From Sphaerodactylus townsendi (taxonomy: Eukaryota), in assembly GCF_021028975.2 (NCBI RefSeq), contig NC_059427.1, positions 45,942,001 through 46,006,000 on the forward strand: DNA of 64,000 nucleotides. Reading direction: 5' to 3'. Both the position numbers and the translations under genes were made by a program. The notes beneath the pieces were generated by a model, which saw only the letters and a list, made by a program, of their open reading frames with translations, was not told the DNA's origin and made no database searches. This document shows positions 12,089 to 26,820 of the stretch, one piece after another (position 1 is the first letter of the stretch; every line of letters starts with the position of its first letter).

Positions 12089-13261
12089 GGTCCTCTTATT
12101 CTCCAACCACATTGTTCACTTTGCAGACGAAAGATCTTCTAAGGCTGATGCTAGCTGGCCACTATTTCTATTAAGATGGGCATGGATTCAGGCATGATAG
12201 CTAATTCTGTTGATGTCATTAGGACAACAGCAGTTTGTTACTCCCATAAAACAAATGCACAATGTGTTTCTGCCAAAAAAAAGTATGATTCCAGTTGATT
12301 TAGCTAGAGCCTGATAGTAATGTGGTGATTCTATTGGCTATCAATTTGTATTGATAGCACTGTAACATTTTTAAAACAGCGGTAAATAAGACCCTGCTAT
12401 ATCTAATACTATAGCCATTGTGGCAGTTCAGCTTCCATAGTCATATTGGTTAAATAGCAGCTTTCATTTGTACTCAGTATTTAAACTGACTCGAGTCACT
12501 TCCATACTGCTAAAATGGATTAAATTTACACCAGACCCCTTTTTGTATCCAACTTCTGAAACTGTGAAAGTGTCTCACTGTCATTCAGTATAGAATGCCT
12601 TATGCTTAATTAATGGAGTTCTAGCCTGCCACACTCCTTTGAACACAGTGGTTTCCTCCTGTAGGTGCCCTCTGGCAAGTTTACTTGAGAAGCTGATACC
12701 AAAGCACTGACGATTTTCAAACCACAAAAGTTAGCATGTTTCTCCAAGAGACATTCGTCTGTAATAAAGGAACCACCGAATAAAAACACAAATGCTCTTG
12801 TACCATTAAACAAATGTTGCTGGGTTGGATTCGAAGAACTTCTGCATCTTTTCTCCCATCCAGGGAACTCCAGAAAACTGAAGCTCAATATCATGCAAGA
12901 CCTGTGGACAAAATGTAACCAGGCAAGGGGGGCTAATAGGAAATTGATGTTATGTTATTTCTCCTTGCTTTAGATCCCCCCACTTCACAAGCCCCTGCTG
13001 GGCTCTGTAGCATTTTATCCATGGGGCTTCTGAGCCAGACTTTTCAGGAAAGGGGGTGAAGATCCATGAGCCCCTTCAGCTCAGTTTGTAAGAACAAGCT
13101 ATTGCTGTTTGGCAAATACAGAACATTGACTTCTTGTGATCATGGATTGCTAGTTAATTGTTAGAATTTATTCCTTATGATTTATTGTGTGAATCACTTG
13201 TGCTCTATTTATAAAACAGGGTGTGTTTCCATCCTACATAAAATACATCTGGTAAAAATAT

Positions 13262-14309
13262 TTTTGCAAGTAAGCTGAAAAGATGTGGACTAGACAATGC
13301 AATTGTTAGATGGATTTGTAATTGGTTGACTGGCCGAACACAAAGAGTGCTCATCAATGGCTCATTTTCATCCTGGAGAGAAGTGAGCAGTGGAGTGCCA
13401 TGGAGTTCTGTCCTGGGCCCAGTGCTATCCAATATTTTTTTTTAATCAATGACTTGGATACTGAATTGGAGGGCATGTTTATCAAACTTGCAGATACCAA
13501 ATTAGGAGGGGTAGCTAATATCCTGGAGGGGCAGGATTCAAAATGATCTGGACAGATTAGAGAGCTGGGCCAAAACTAACAAAATGAATTTCTACAGAGA
13601 TAAATGTAAGATTCTACACTTAGGCAGAAAAAAATGAAATGCACATAGGATGGGTAACACCTGGCCTGACACAGAACATGTAAAAGGGATCTGGGAGTCT
13701 TAGTAGACCACAAACTGAGCATGAGTCAGCAGTGTGATATGGCAGCCAAGCCAATGTAATTCTGGGATGCATCAATAAGAGTATAGTGTCTAGATAGAGG
13801 GAATTGTACCACTCTATTCTGCATTGGTGAGACCTCGCCTACTGTGTTCATTTCTGGGCACAATTTAAGAAGGGTATTTACAAGGTGGACTGTGTCCAGA
13901 GGGCAACCAAAATGGTAAAAGATGTGGAATCCATACCCTATGAAGAGACTTAGAAAGCTGGGGATGTTTAGTCTTGAGGTTAAGTGAGGACATTAAAGCT
14001 ATGTTTGAAGGGACGTCATGTCGAAGAGGGAGCAAGCTTGTTTTCTGCTGCCTCAGAGACTAGGACACGGAGTAATAGATTCAAGGTGCAGGAAAAGAGA
14101 TTCCACCTAAACATTAGAAAGAATTTTCTGTCAGGGCTGTTCGATAGTGGAGTTCACTGCCTCGAAGAGTGGTGGAGTCTCCTTCTCTGGAGGTTTTTAA
14201 ACTGGCTGAATGATCATATGTCAGGAGTGCTTTGATTGTGTGTTCCTGCATAGCAGGGGGTTGGACTTGATGGCCTTTGGGATCTCTTCCAACTCTATGA
14301 TTCTATGAT
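13262..14309 (+). mobile_element. Older degenerate CR1 3' fragment
   Basis: Broken RT motifs (INDLD, LADTKLGG); CTATGATTCTATGAT tail. Confidence 0.85.
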
Positions 14310-14499
14310 CATGTATTAATATTATTGTGATCAGCTTTGACTCTGTATGGCTTTGCTGAATAGAGCAAATTTATTGGTTTGCATTCCTTACTGTCAGACT
14401 TCAAGTACTCCTTATAAATTGGGTTGACTGCACTTAGAAATAAATTCCCTTAAAGCCCAGCTCTGTAAGCATTCCTTAACGAAACAATTTTTATTTCGC

Positions 14500-14697
14500 C
14501 ATCAAGTCACATCTGGCTTATGATAACCCGTTGGGGTTTTCAAGGAAAGACAGTGGGGCTGTTTGCTATTGCTTCCCTCTGCATCGCAGCTCTAGTATTC
14601 CTTGGAGGTCTCCTGTCCAATACTCGCTTAGCTTTAGAGATCTGGCCATGAGTTGAGATCCTCTTCCCTATTCTCCTAGCCGCAGCTATCCAGGTCA
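14500..14697 (-). mobile_element. 5S-derived SINE (5S-Sauria-like), degenerate
   Basis: 5S-like segment followed by the CCTTGAAAACCCC tail; related to 31645-31844. Confidence 0.55.
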
Positions 14698-15359
14698 TGG
14701 AATCGTAACAATAGTTATCCAGAATTTAATATTCCTTCCCCCTCAGGCAAAAGCACAACAGCTGGAATTTGAAACATGGAAGTTATCAAGTAACTTCAAC
14801 CTGTACAGAACTGTATTGAGTTTGAGGGGCACTACCATCCTGTAAAACATTTAACCAGAAATGCCAACCAGCAGTGCCTGTATAATGCACACATTTGGTA
14901 GTGGTGGAAAGTATTGTCAAGTCATAGCTGACTTCTGGCAAAATCTGGAGGGTTTTCAAGGGAAGACATGTTCAGAAGTGGTTTGCCACGGTCTGCCTCT
15001 GCATATTAACACAGGACTTCCTTGGTGATTTTCCATCCAAATACCTGCCAGAGCCATCCAGGTCGAAGCTTGGCAAATTTACATGTATTTAAAAAGATGA
15101 GGGAACTCAATTATTTTTATCATCCTTTGTTTTCAGCTGTGGAGATTTACTTTAACGATAAGCCAGATTTGAGTCCAGTAGCACCCGAGAGACAAATTAG
15201 ACTTTCAATTTTCCCTTTGGAGCTTTGAAAGCTCACACCCATTAGCAGTTGCTGGATTTCACCCTTTTAAGACTTAAACCACCACAGTTCAACTAAACTC
15301 AAACGAAACGTCAAGCTTTCAGTACTTTTGATTTATTAAATATTGTTGCACAAGAACAA

Positions 15360-15593
<234 letters not shown>

Positions 15594-16491
15594 TTAAGGA
15601 GAATTCTATACTACCTGCCCTGCTCTACACAAAGCCTCTGTACACAATGCTTTTAGATCTTATAAAAATACCTATAATTATGTGGTGCCTCTTCCCCAAA
15701 GATCTGCTTGTAGAGTTGGAATTTACTCCAAGAACTCCTCATGCCACTGGCAAGCCAAGTTAACAACCCTGCATCTCTGCATTCTAAAACTGGGAATAAT
15801 GTAAACAGGCTGTTCTACTTGTACAAGTAATGCCTCTGTGAATCCCATCCCACCACAGACCCCCCCCCCCCCCCCCCCCGTGCTCTGTGCTGTTTCTGAG
15901 TGTTCATCAAACCCTAGAAGGGACGGTTTAGGGAGAGAAGGCTGGAACAGCCAAGGGAAGGTAGGAAGTTGTTCCTCAAACTCAGCTCCACTTGCAACAT
16001 ACAAGATCCACTTCTTGCTGAGGTCTACTGTATTTGCATCTTGCCCTTCCACCAAAGAGCTCACTGTGAGTCTTCAGCCCTAGCACCCTGTGGAAGAGGA
16101 TAAGCTTTATGAGGGATACTGTCTTCTTCCCATAGCTAACAGATCAAGAGAGCTTCTATTTCCAACAACAGTGGCCAACCAGAGGGCATCTGTTGCTGGA
16201 CGGGATAGATCTTTGGGCAAACCTGGGAGGGGGGTCTCATGCCACCGTGAACTGGAATTTCTGCCAGGTCTTATCCTAATATCCAGCCAGCCTAAAATTA
16301 CTTAAAAAAAACACAAACTGAGATACACAGACTGATACTCTGAATATTTAAAAAACATGCAACAGTCATGTAAAGAGTGATTCCTCCATTTCTGTCCAAC
16401 CCCACTTACTGCTCCTTTAGCCAGAATCAGAATCATGACATGTAAAAGCACAATTCTAAAAGTAACTACTAAAGGTAGTTTTCCCAACTTA

Positions 16492-16674
<183 letters not shown>

Positions 16675-16863
16675 CTACAAAAATGCAGAGGTAAATTAAA
16701 ACATTAGAAATTGAGATACCACACAAACTTCAAAGCATCTGCAACATCTCTTTATAACTGTACGATTTTGTTAAACCAACGCTGCAAACTCACCCACAAG
16801 GTAACCATCAAAATATTCTGAAACAATTTGGGGGGGGGGGGATCCACATGTACCTTATCATCA

Positions 16864-17019
<156 letters not shown>

Positions 17020-17055
17020 TTACTACATCCAAGAGGTAGTAAAGGAACCTACTAA

Positions 17056-17195
17056 GCCTGTCGCAGTGTTATCTTCCGTTCACTGGCCTATTACCAAGCC
17101 AGCAAAGGAATGGGTATCTCACTGCAACTTCTCTTCCTCCTGTATCCGAAGCTGGTAGAGTATGGGAAGCTCTCCAGATGCGATCCTAGGAGGTC
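17056..17195 (-). ncRNA. SNORA7: H/ACA snoRNA SNORA7 in RPL32 intron 1
   Basis: Starts GACCTCCTAGGATCGCATCTGGAGAG; H box AGAGAA; ends CTGCGACAGGC (ACA + 3 nt); RPL32 is the known host gene. Confidence 0.9.
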
Positions 17196-19431
17196 ATAAC
17201 TTCAATTATCCCCCCCACATGCTTCAGTTCTGAGAGTCTTTAAAGTCTGACGTTGTTGTCCTACGCCTTGAACAAAGTTGAACCAAAGCTCCACTGTAAA
17301 TCATCATATTACCAACTTGCCTCCTGGCGTTGCCAAGTCTGACCTTGACACTATCACGCACATAACTGCTACCGAAATATTCATGTTATTCTTCATCTTA
17401 GCAGCAGAATCACAGACCACATGAGATCTCTGCTAACGCTCCTCCTAACAACATATGCATTAAGCGTATTTTCAATGCCCATTTCAAAGTTACGGAGTTT
17501 TGATTCAAGTACAAAGTTACATGCCCAGGGCGCTAGTTGTATGTAACAACAATGCCTATTTACCATTCCAATGGATGCACTGACACTTTCAGAGCCCAAT
17601 CCTATCAGTGCTTAAACACCCTGGACATGCAATTCTGAGAGTGAGCTTCAAAACATTTAAAAACTACCAAACACTCCAAACAATGCAAAAGTTTGCTGAA
17701 CATACACAAATTATCTGCAAAAGACTTAAGCAAGCACATATCCTGCCTTTCAGAGCTAGAGGTGTTAACCTGGAATATCTTTTATAAGAAACCGTAATTT
17801 AAATTAAAGGGATTATTTGCATGCTACAAAATGCAACCAAAAACACAACCACTCTCTCCCTTTATTTTCCACGTGTCAGAGCAGCATCTTAGGAAAGTGT
17901 TTAAAAATGTTCAGTTTAAAAATGCAATGGCCTAGAAAACAGAAAAACTGGGAAGTTGCACTAAAAAGGAATTTCTGAAATATTTTTCTTACAAATAAGT
18001 CAAATCCTTTTTAAAGAAAGGCTTTCTTCACTTAAAATGTATAACATGAAAACCTAACTACATTTGTTTCAATTTTATTTAAAAAACTGAGAAACTTTGA
18101 GAACTGGGAAAAAAAACTCCTTTGTTTGAAGAACTGGCATGGACACACACAAAATGTAGTTTTCAATTTTTTCATTAGAAAAATTGAAGTGCTAAAAAAA
18201 CTTGAGTAAAATGCAGTAAGACAACACCAATGCACAATTTTCCCATTATTATGGAGATTACTTGCCACTTTTCTTGTAGAAAACTTAAACAATTGAGCTC
18301 TTAAATTCCATAAATATACCAATTAATACTATTTGATATTATGTTTTACACTGCTTAAGCGGCAAAAAAGTTACTTTCCTATCAAACTCAAATCTATTAC
18401 ATGTATTTTAATCCACCTCCCCCTAAGCCAAAACCCCGAGGGTGGAGGGAAAACATTTCCCATGGGTTCAATATTTCCACCTTTTTATTTCTCCAATTTA
18501 CTTATATCTGTATTTTCTTCCTACTGGCGAAATAAACACCTTATGTTGTTCTCCTCTTCTCCAGTTTACCTTGTAAGGTAGGCTGGGCTGAGACACGGAC
18601 TACTTTAACATCACCCAACACATTTCCAGGTCAGTGTGGGGATTCAAACCCAGATCCGACTCCGCCTTCAAGCCACTACATCACGCACGGGGAGAAGCAC
18701 ACACCACACTCACAATGAGAACCACAAAGGCTTTCAACGTCTATCAAAGCACAACCAAACAGGAGTCCCTTCGACAGTCCATTCCACAAAGAACGCCGTC
18801 CCTAAAACCAACTGCATTTTAAGGCCTGAAATCTCAAGCTGAGATTTTTCTTACCAATATTTTGCAACCTCTTTAGGGAAAACCTCAGCGCTCCCTACAT
18901 TGGAGATCTGTGCAAACTGCAGCTCAATAGAAGCCATCAGGCCGATTCCTCTTGGCAAGCGTCAGACAGTAATTCACTCGCTACTTCAATCATTTTTCTC
19001 ATCCCGCGTTACAAGTTAAAGATTTTCCAAGTTAACTATCTGCGGAAGCCTCCCATAAAATACTTTAAACATTATATGCTCATCCCCCCCCCGCAAGGAT
19101 AGACAAGCCTTTCATGTTTTTGCCTCTTGTCCCTCGCCTGCATTCACACGTTCAGACTACACGTGTATAACCCCACACACTCCCCAAAACCTGCTTTGGA
19201 GCTACGAAAGGCTCAACAAGCGCAGGCTACTCTGTCTCCTGGCGCGCTTCCCCCACCGAAAAGCACAGCAGCCCGCGAGCGCAGATGAGCATCCACTGCG
19301 CCCTGCCCTCTCCCGCGATCCTACAAATAGCGGCCGGCCCTGACGCAGGAGGCCCCGCAGCACCCTTGAAAAGGCGGCGGGGCCACCCCCGGGGGCTCGC
19401 CGGCCAGGATGCCGCCTGATCTCACACTCAC

Positions 19432-19482
19432 CGGTCCGCTAATGGCACCTCCTGCACTGCTCGAGAGCGCCGAGAGAAAGAG
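19432..19482 (-). promoter_or_regulatory. RPL32: RPL32 non-coding exon 1 with 5'TOP/TCT start, in a CpG island
   Basis: CTCTTTCTCTCGGCGCT start; GTGAGT donor at 19431-19426; CpG-rich about 19200-19800. Confidence 0.8.
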
Positions 19483-22308
19483 CGAAGGGGGAAACCGCAG
19501 AGGCTGATGGGACGCCACCCGCAGGTCCTGGCAGGTCGGTATTTTCTCGGGAGTGCAGCGGGATGGACAGCTGCTTCCGTGGGCTGAGCCTACTTAACGT
19601 CTCAAATTTAATGAGACAAAACATGAAACGCGTTACGAAAAATAGCTCGTTCAGGCTGTTATAATGATTTCCTTAAGCTGGTACCGACATGCAAGACCCT
19701 TCTACGTCAGTCATTATGCGCCGAAAGATCGACTATGAGCAAAGGTGGTGGAGCGGCCGTTTGCTGGCACAACGACATCTGGTGGCGAGGATGAGCTGTC
19801 ATGCTGAGACTGCCTTGTGGGTGGCTCTGTGTAGTTTTATTTGTGTTGCATTTGAAATTCAGTTTTATCTATTCTTAAAAATTATTTTTTCTCCTGTCGT
19901 GGCTTCCAAGAATGACATTTCAAGCGACACTGTTCCTTATCATTCATTTCTACTCTGTTTGAGCCACAAATCAGTTCGTTACATGAGAGTACTTCCAACT
20001 GTTTTTCTTGTTCACAGATCAGTTTTTATCATTGCTAAATTTCAACACACACAACCAAGGATAAATTTAAATTCCTGTTTTAAGAGTTCCTTTGAATATT
20101 GCTGTGCCAGGTGGAGCATGACCAGTTTCTTCAGGGCTCTTTTACACAAAATAGATTCACTTCTGCACAATGGGAGCTGCAAGAATGACCCAGACATGCA
20201 ATTTATGTAGAATACCATGGAGAACAAAACTGTGTTTATATGCAGAATGGTACAGTTTTAGAAGCACGAATGTAGGCAATCTATCCATTTTATGTATCAT
20301 TCATTGGAGACAGAGTAGGCACTATGCAACAGGATTTTCAATATTATAACATCTTAGAACGAGTGATCCAATTACATCTGTTTGCTATACAAATGGAAGG
20401 AAGTTTACGTGTATTAGTCTGCCTACCACCTGAGTGAGCTCAACACAACATCTTTCTGTAGGTGCACCTGGTCTCAATGTAGTGATTGCTACCATGGCAG
20501 AATAGTCTTTTTGAAGAACCTCAAAGGGCCCGTTCTTCAGTAATATTGCAGAACTTTGCAAATGGCACCTCTTTCAGTAGGCTTGTAGGATGATTTGTCC
20601 CAGATATAAATGGTTAGATAGGTCCACCGTATAAAAGCAAGCTGCTAGTTGTTGGTCTGTTATGTAGTCTTTGTGGGATACTGTCTTGGGTTTAGTTATG
20701 TTGTTAGTTATGTTGTATATGGAACCACCTTGCAGCTAGTTGAGGTGAAATATACTTTTTAAAAACCAACTATGAACAATGATTTAATTGTGAATCAAAA
20801 TAGCTGTAGTAGGCTGCAGAGGTTTGTAGAACCTGAATTTCGTAATATGGAGACTTCTAAGCACATATGGCCTTAATTAATCAAATTGACATTTTGCTGC
20901 CATTACTATGAAAACTACTACTAACCAGGTCCCCCATGGCCACCAGTGGGGGATAAGGGAGCAAAGTTGCCAGATCCAGGTTGGGAAACTCCTGGAGATT
21001 TGGGGAGGGAGTCTTGGAAGGACAGATCCACAGTGGGGTACAACGCCATGCAGTCCATCCTCCAAAGCATCCATTTTCTCCAAGGAAACAGATCTCTGGA
21101 GTCTGGAGATGAGCTGTGATGCCAGATGATCCCCAGGTCCCACATGGAGGCTAGCATCCCTAAGTACAACAAATATCCCCTAGTTTGCAAAACCCTTTTT
21201 GTTTAAAGTATAGGAGCCGAGCTTGAATTTAAGTGTTCTCTTTCTCTTGTAGACACTTTCCAAAGTCTGATGGATATTTATGCACTGGAAAATACTTCCT
21301 CGTCAGCCTACAGATAACACAAAGGGACTGCCTTGATTAAAGTCAGAAGAGACTGTGAAACGGCTGCTCTGCGTGGGCACAACAGGCCTGAATTGCTTTA
21401 TGTGGATTATTGTCCTATATACTTTGTCATTTCAGTTCTTTAACTGTCCATCAGTTCTTTAACTGAAGAATTTCTTTTGAGAAGCCTCTTTGTGTTTGAA
21501 TCAGGTAGAAGTTAAACACACACTTAAAATTCCTTGGAGATGGAGGATGCAAAACTCTCAATACCTATTTCTTTCAAATGCATAAAAAACGAGAAATTTA
21601 CAAAAATCAGTCACAAAAATGCAGCACTGGTCATACCCCTGCCTTTTTGGTCAGGAGGAAAAACCCACACCGGTCTTTTCCATATACTGTTTTGGCCAGA
21701 GTTTTTAATAACTGTGTTTAGGATGCCAATGGTTTTGAGACAGTCTTTAATCTTAATTAGCACAACACCTCGCTTATTTGGCCATCATTAAATCAAATCT
21801 TTATTATAAGGAGCAAACTAGTCTATTGTTATAATCTATGTCCTTTTACATTCCATACACAGTTAGGACTACTCAGAGTGCAGGAATGTCAATGACAACA
21901 TAATTGGGGTTTTTTTGGTACAATCTAGAAGTGGCGGAGGGAGCACAACTTGTGCCCTTCCAGACATTTAATCTTTTGAATGGAAGTTACTTGTACATAT
22001 ACAAATTTGATTTGTGGATTTCCAGACATTTTCCTTAAGACTGCTACAGATTCCATTTTGCCAACATCCTGCTACAATATCTTTTTGTTGAGAAAACGCA
22101 AATTTCTGCCTACCAAATGTGTGTATTTTATCATCAACTTATGGCAGCAAAGTTAAAAACCTCCAAAACGACCTATCGGTAACAGCCTTGCTCATGACTT
22201 GCAAACAATACTGTGGCTTTCTTTATTGAATCAATCCATCTCATGATGGGTCTTCCTTTTTTCATATTGCCTTCAACTTTTCATTGCTAATACTACTGGC
22301 CTATGAAA

Positions 22309-22449
22309 GGCCCCTTCCGCACACACAAAGTAATGTGTTTTCAAACCACTTTCACAATTGTTTGCAAGTGGATTTTGCCATTCCGCACAGCTTCAAAGAG
22401 CATTGAAAGCAGTTTGAAAGTGCATTATTCTGCATGTGCGGGATGAGCC
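22309..22449. mobile_element. 141-bp PIF/Harbinger-like MITE, copy 2
   Basis: Reverse copy of 253-393; flanks AAA/AAA. Confidence 0.75.
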
Positions 22450-22737
22450 AAAGTTACTTGTTCAATTGTGCCTGTGGTATGAATGATGGTCATAAGGTTA
22501 CATACACACAATCTGATGTTTACATTTTACTTTTTTTTAAAAAAAAATCCCCTATATTAATGTTTCCTGCTTCACAGCTCCATTTAATGCTGTATCCAAG
22601 TTAGACCATTTGTCTATCTAGTTCAGCCCTGTCTATTTTCATTTACTAGAACAATGGCTTACTGCAGCAGATTCACTGAGGTAGCCAACAGTTTATGCAA
22701 CGTTAGCATAGTATAACAGTTTCTCCTCAGAAGAGAG

Positions 22738-22993
22738 TCAAACATAATAATTCTTTCGGGAATCTGGATCACCATAGGTCACAAACTTCAGCTCACTGAC
22801 TGGCCAGCTGCGGTGAGGATGATAAGTGCCAGGATAGACAGGATGTGCACGAGAAACATGGCTGAACAGAGCATCTCCTTCATCACGTTTCATCTGGGGT
22901 AGGTACAGACGCAGTTTGTCTAGAACATGTCCTGGCCAGAAGCTGTTGGGATCTGTCTTGGGATTGAGGAAGCGAAACATTTTTCTCATTTCC
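22738..22993 (-). CDS. EFCAB12: EFCAB12 last coding exon (PNSFWPGHVLDKLRLYLP...YPGTYHP...NYYV*)
   Basis: Matches the EFCAB12 C-terminus; tatag acceptor, phase 2; synteny. Confidence 0.88.
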
Positions 22994-24854
22994 CTATAAA
23001 CACAATTAAGGAAAAAAACGAAATATGTATGAGCAAGGAACAACAACAATAGGAGGGAATGGTGCTTGAAGCCCCACGAAATAAGGGTCCGCAAGAATTA
23101 TTAGTATAATGGTGATTATTATTTAAAACATGTATATGCCACTCTTGCGGCAGCTTATAAACACAGATATATACCTCTCACTCCCTTCTCAATGAGTCAT
23201 AATCAACTGGTAGTTCCAGTTCCTAAAGACATCCAGCTGTCCTCAGTCAGAGCCTTTTTTATTCTTGCCTTGGCCTGGTGGAACTCCCTGTCATATGAGA
23301 CCCAGACCCTGAGGGATTTGATTCAGTTCCATAGGGCCTGCAAGACAAAGTGTTCCGCCAGGCCTGTAATTGAGGCAGTAATGGCTGCCTCTTAGCTGGC
23401 CTCCCTATTCCTACTCCTGTCTTCTTGTTCCCTCAATTATTTTGATTTTGGGGTATTGTCTTCCTTCAGTGTCCCCTCCCTCACTGATTCGTTATCCATA
23501 TTATGAAGTGTTAACTTGACAGGATGCCTTCCCTTCACCAGGGCCTAAAACAGAGAAAGGCCCACAGCAAAGAGATGCTGTTTTGATCTACAGATATGAA
23601 AATTACTAGTTCTATCAGAATAAGAAGGAGGTCTTGCATCTGAATATGGCCACCTATTGTAATGTTAAACTATCTCCAAATCAAAATGCACCTTTGTTTT
23701 TATAAAGAAATCTGAGTGAATATGGCATCAGTGCAGTCATAGTCAAGGAAATCAATTTAGTTGATCACATGGAGTGTGAGCCAATCTAGTTACATATACT
23801 GAAGATTAGCTAGAGATTCCAGTTTGTTCTTCCAGCATACAGAGAAACAGAAATGACGGATGACCACACACCTTTTGCTGTCCTATATCCAATTAGTAAT
23901 CACAGGCCTGACCCTTTAAAAGTAAGGTAGAGGAATATGGTTTGACAATGTTTTATTTACTGTTTGGTATGCATCCACTGTGCATTCAGAGTCAGTGCTT
24001 TTCTCTCACTTTGGGAAAGAGCCAGAATATACTATACGTGTGAGAATAGTGTAGTAGTCAAGAAATTGAGCTGTGAACGAGGAAGTCAGTTTCATATCTT
24101 AGCTCTATCACAAATTCAACTAGGTGGCTTATCAGATTTCTTTATGGATTTCTCTGGATCCCATTCATATTTCCTGCAGCCATACAGCAGCTGTGGGGAA
24201 TGGGAGAGGGAGCCCAAACAGGCTTGGAAGGACGCCATGGGGAGGGGAGTGGGGGTGTTCCTGCCTCCCTGCCAGCTGTTTTCCTGTGCAAAAATGGCAG
24301 TGTGGGGAGGGGAGTTATTTCTCCAGTTCTGTTGTGGAATCCAGACCTAAATCTTTCAATATGGTAACATATAGTTCAGCACTATGTATGAATTAGTTCA
24401 AGGGGCTGTCGTAACCTTTTTCTTGCATTTCCACTGCCACAAGAACTCAGGCGCAAGCGGAAATTCTGCACTGGATCCAACCAATCATCTTGAGCAATGG
24501 ATATATGAACTGACACTATCCTAGGGGCAAACCAGCAGAAATCCCTGAGCGTAGTTAACATATGTCACTCTGATGTCATCAATTAGTACACAATTAAAAA
24601 TATTTCTGCTCCTATATATCAGCAACATTAGCATCATTTCCCCTTGCAGTAATATGTCTTCAGCGAGATGCCCAGCATCGAAATCTTACCATGCAGGTAC
24701 TACCGCTAAAGTGTGTTGATAATGGTATGTTATCACTGATCAGCAGGGAAGACCAAACTGTGCCCAAGAGAAATCTTTCACGAGAAATCCCTGCTCAGGC
24801 ACAACAGCATAGAAAGTTTTTAATACTGTACTAGAAAGAAATCATGCACTGTAC

Positions 24855-24965
24855 CTTTCAGTGAATAGGTTTTCAAACTGTTCTTGAGCCTCACTAGTTA
24901 AACTGCTACAGGACTTGTCATCCCAAAGATTTTGTGTAGCAAGCCGCAGTCTTTTTGAGTGCCAT
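24855..24965 (-). CDS. EFCAB12: Candidate extra EFCAB12 exon (WHSKRLRLAT...QFENLFTER)
   Basis: tttacag acceptor, AG|gtacag donor; 111 nt, phase 2-2, open frame; no recognised homology. Confidence 0.55.
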
Positions 24966-25136
24966 CTGTAAATAGAAATGTAAGAAACGTTAAGTCAGAG
25001 GAAGATGGAACCTAGCCAGCTGTGTGTGCACTTAAATCCAATCTCTGCATATGTCTGGAACATTTCACATCAGAATCAGATGTAGCCAGCACTGTCTATC
25101 TTCTACTTGTAATATGTACACTTACACATATTAGCA

Positions 25137-25365
25137 GAGAACCAGTGTGGTATGGTGGTCAAGAGTGGTGGACTCTTAATTTGGAGAACCAGGTTCAGTT
25201 CCCCACTCCTCCACATGAAGTCTGCTGGGTGACCTTGGGCCAGCCATAGTCCTCTCAGAACTCTTTCAGCCCATGTGGAGGCAGGCAATGGCAAACCACC
25301 TCCAAACGTCTCTTGCCTTGAAAACCCTACGGGGTTGCCAAAAGTCAGCTTTGACTTGACAGCAC
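25137..25365 (+). mobile_element. Sauria-type SINE (tRNA head, BovB-like tail)
   Basis: tRNA-like head then GGCAATGGCAAACCACCTCC...CCTTGAAAACCC tail. Confidence 0.7.
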
Positions 25366-25998
25366 ACATATACATACCAATACAAACATGTATGTCCATT
25401 CACCTCGATTAAACATGCTCACTGAACCTATTGAATGAACTAGATTAGCAGGCAACAATACCCAGGCTTGGGTAGAGTAAGGAGAACTGGACTGGGTAAA
25501 AGGGACAATAAAATGGTGTCATGGCACCCCATTGCTCTGGGAACTCCACGTTGCCACTGAGGATAGCATCAGATTCTATTGAAATTTAGCCTTAACATTT
25601 ACAGCCCTGCCTCATATTGACTACAAGTTCCTCTACCTGTAGCCAGCATGGTGTAGTGGTTAAGAGCAGGTGCACTCTAATCTGGAGAACTGGGGTTGAT
25701 TCCCCACTCTTCCACATGAGCGGTGGACTCTTTATCAGGTGAACTAGATTTGCTTCCCCACTCCTACATTCCTGCTGGGTGATCTCGGGCTTGTCACAGT
25801 TCTCTCAGAACTCTCTCAGCTAAACCTACTTCACAAGGTATCTGCAGATGTATGTATCTGTGTCTCCAGTCCTTTCCAGTTGATCAGGGCAATTTTAATG
25901 ATTCTAATAGAACTAATAAGTCATGAATCACAGAGTTCCACCATCAGACCCAGGAGATCTGGGTCAAACATTCATTTGCATTCAAACCTGACACATAC

Positions 25999-26091
25999 TT
26001 CGTGAGGTTCCTAAACTCTGTGTACGATAACCAGCGGCACCCAGTAGTGTTGTCCTTCTGCAGTTGCTTTTCAGGCTTTCTCTCTTGTTTT
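25999..26091 (-). CDS. EFCAB12: EFCAB12 exon (KQERKPEKQLQ...WLSYTEFRNLTK)
   Basis: cctag acceptor, gtatgt donor; 93 nt, phase 2-2; resembles human FKEFEEFTR. Confidence 0.75.
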
Positions 26092-26564
26092 CTAGGGAAG
26101 AAAGAAAAACAACCCATCGTTTACGCAAATCAAACTTAGTGCAGCTTGATTTCACTGATGACAGCACCTCAGTCTGTAATACAGAGTGACAGTGCAGCTA
26201 AAGCAAACAAACAAGAATTTTAGGAAATTACCAGATGCCAGGCACATGCTGGAATTAGGCCAGAGAAGCAGTACTTGCACAGAAGAACACATCACAGAAG
26301 CAGTGCTCTTAACAGCATCAGAAATGACCAAAGTCCGTTTTGATCAGTATTCTGTTTCTAAGGGCTGAGCTACACATTACATTTGGCTGTGACCTACAGT
26401 TGGACATGAGGAACCTACAGTCAGATGTAAGCTGTGAGTTCCTTGTGGGAATTCATCTCTCAAGCATGTGAGGCTCTGGTTTGGATGGAAAGTGCAGTGT
26501 CTACTGAGAAGAGGCTTCAAGCCTTCTCTCCTGAGCTGTTTTCCCAACCCTAGATATATATAAC

Positions 26565-26820
26565 CACTCCAAACAATGTGCCACTGAACTGGAGTAGAAA
26601 AACCCAGCTTCAAATCCCCAGGTATATCATGGAAGCTTCCTGGATGACCTTAGCCCAGTCACACACTCTCAGTCCTGACCTCAGCTAGTATTTGGATGGG
26701 AGACCTCCAAGGAAAACCCAATCTTGTGACACAGAGGCCAGCAATGGAAAACCACCTCCCAATGTCTCTTGCTTTGAAAACTCTATGGAGTCCCTGCAAG
26801 TCAGCTGTGACATGATGCCA
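26565..26820 (+). mobile_element. tRNA/5S chimeric SINE, copy 1
   Basis: Same junction as 61632-61870; boundaries approximate. Confidence 0.55.

Noticed and set aside
19771-19788. CTCF-like motif upstream of RPL32
   Set aside because: Imperfect single match, not supportable without binding data
19689-20210. 173-aa ORF divergent from RPL32
   Set aside because: No recognisable domain or splice support; probably chance
24690-24790. Further EFCAB12 exon with a strong GTAAGA donor
   Set aside because: 101 nt with an early TGA in the required phase; at most a poison exon, unsupported
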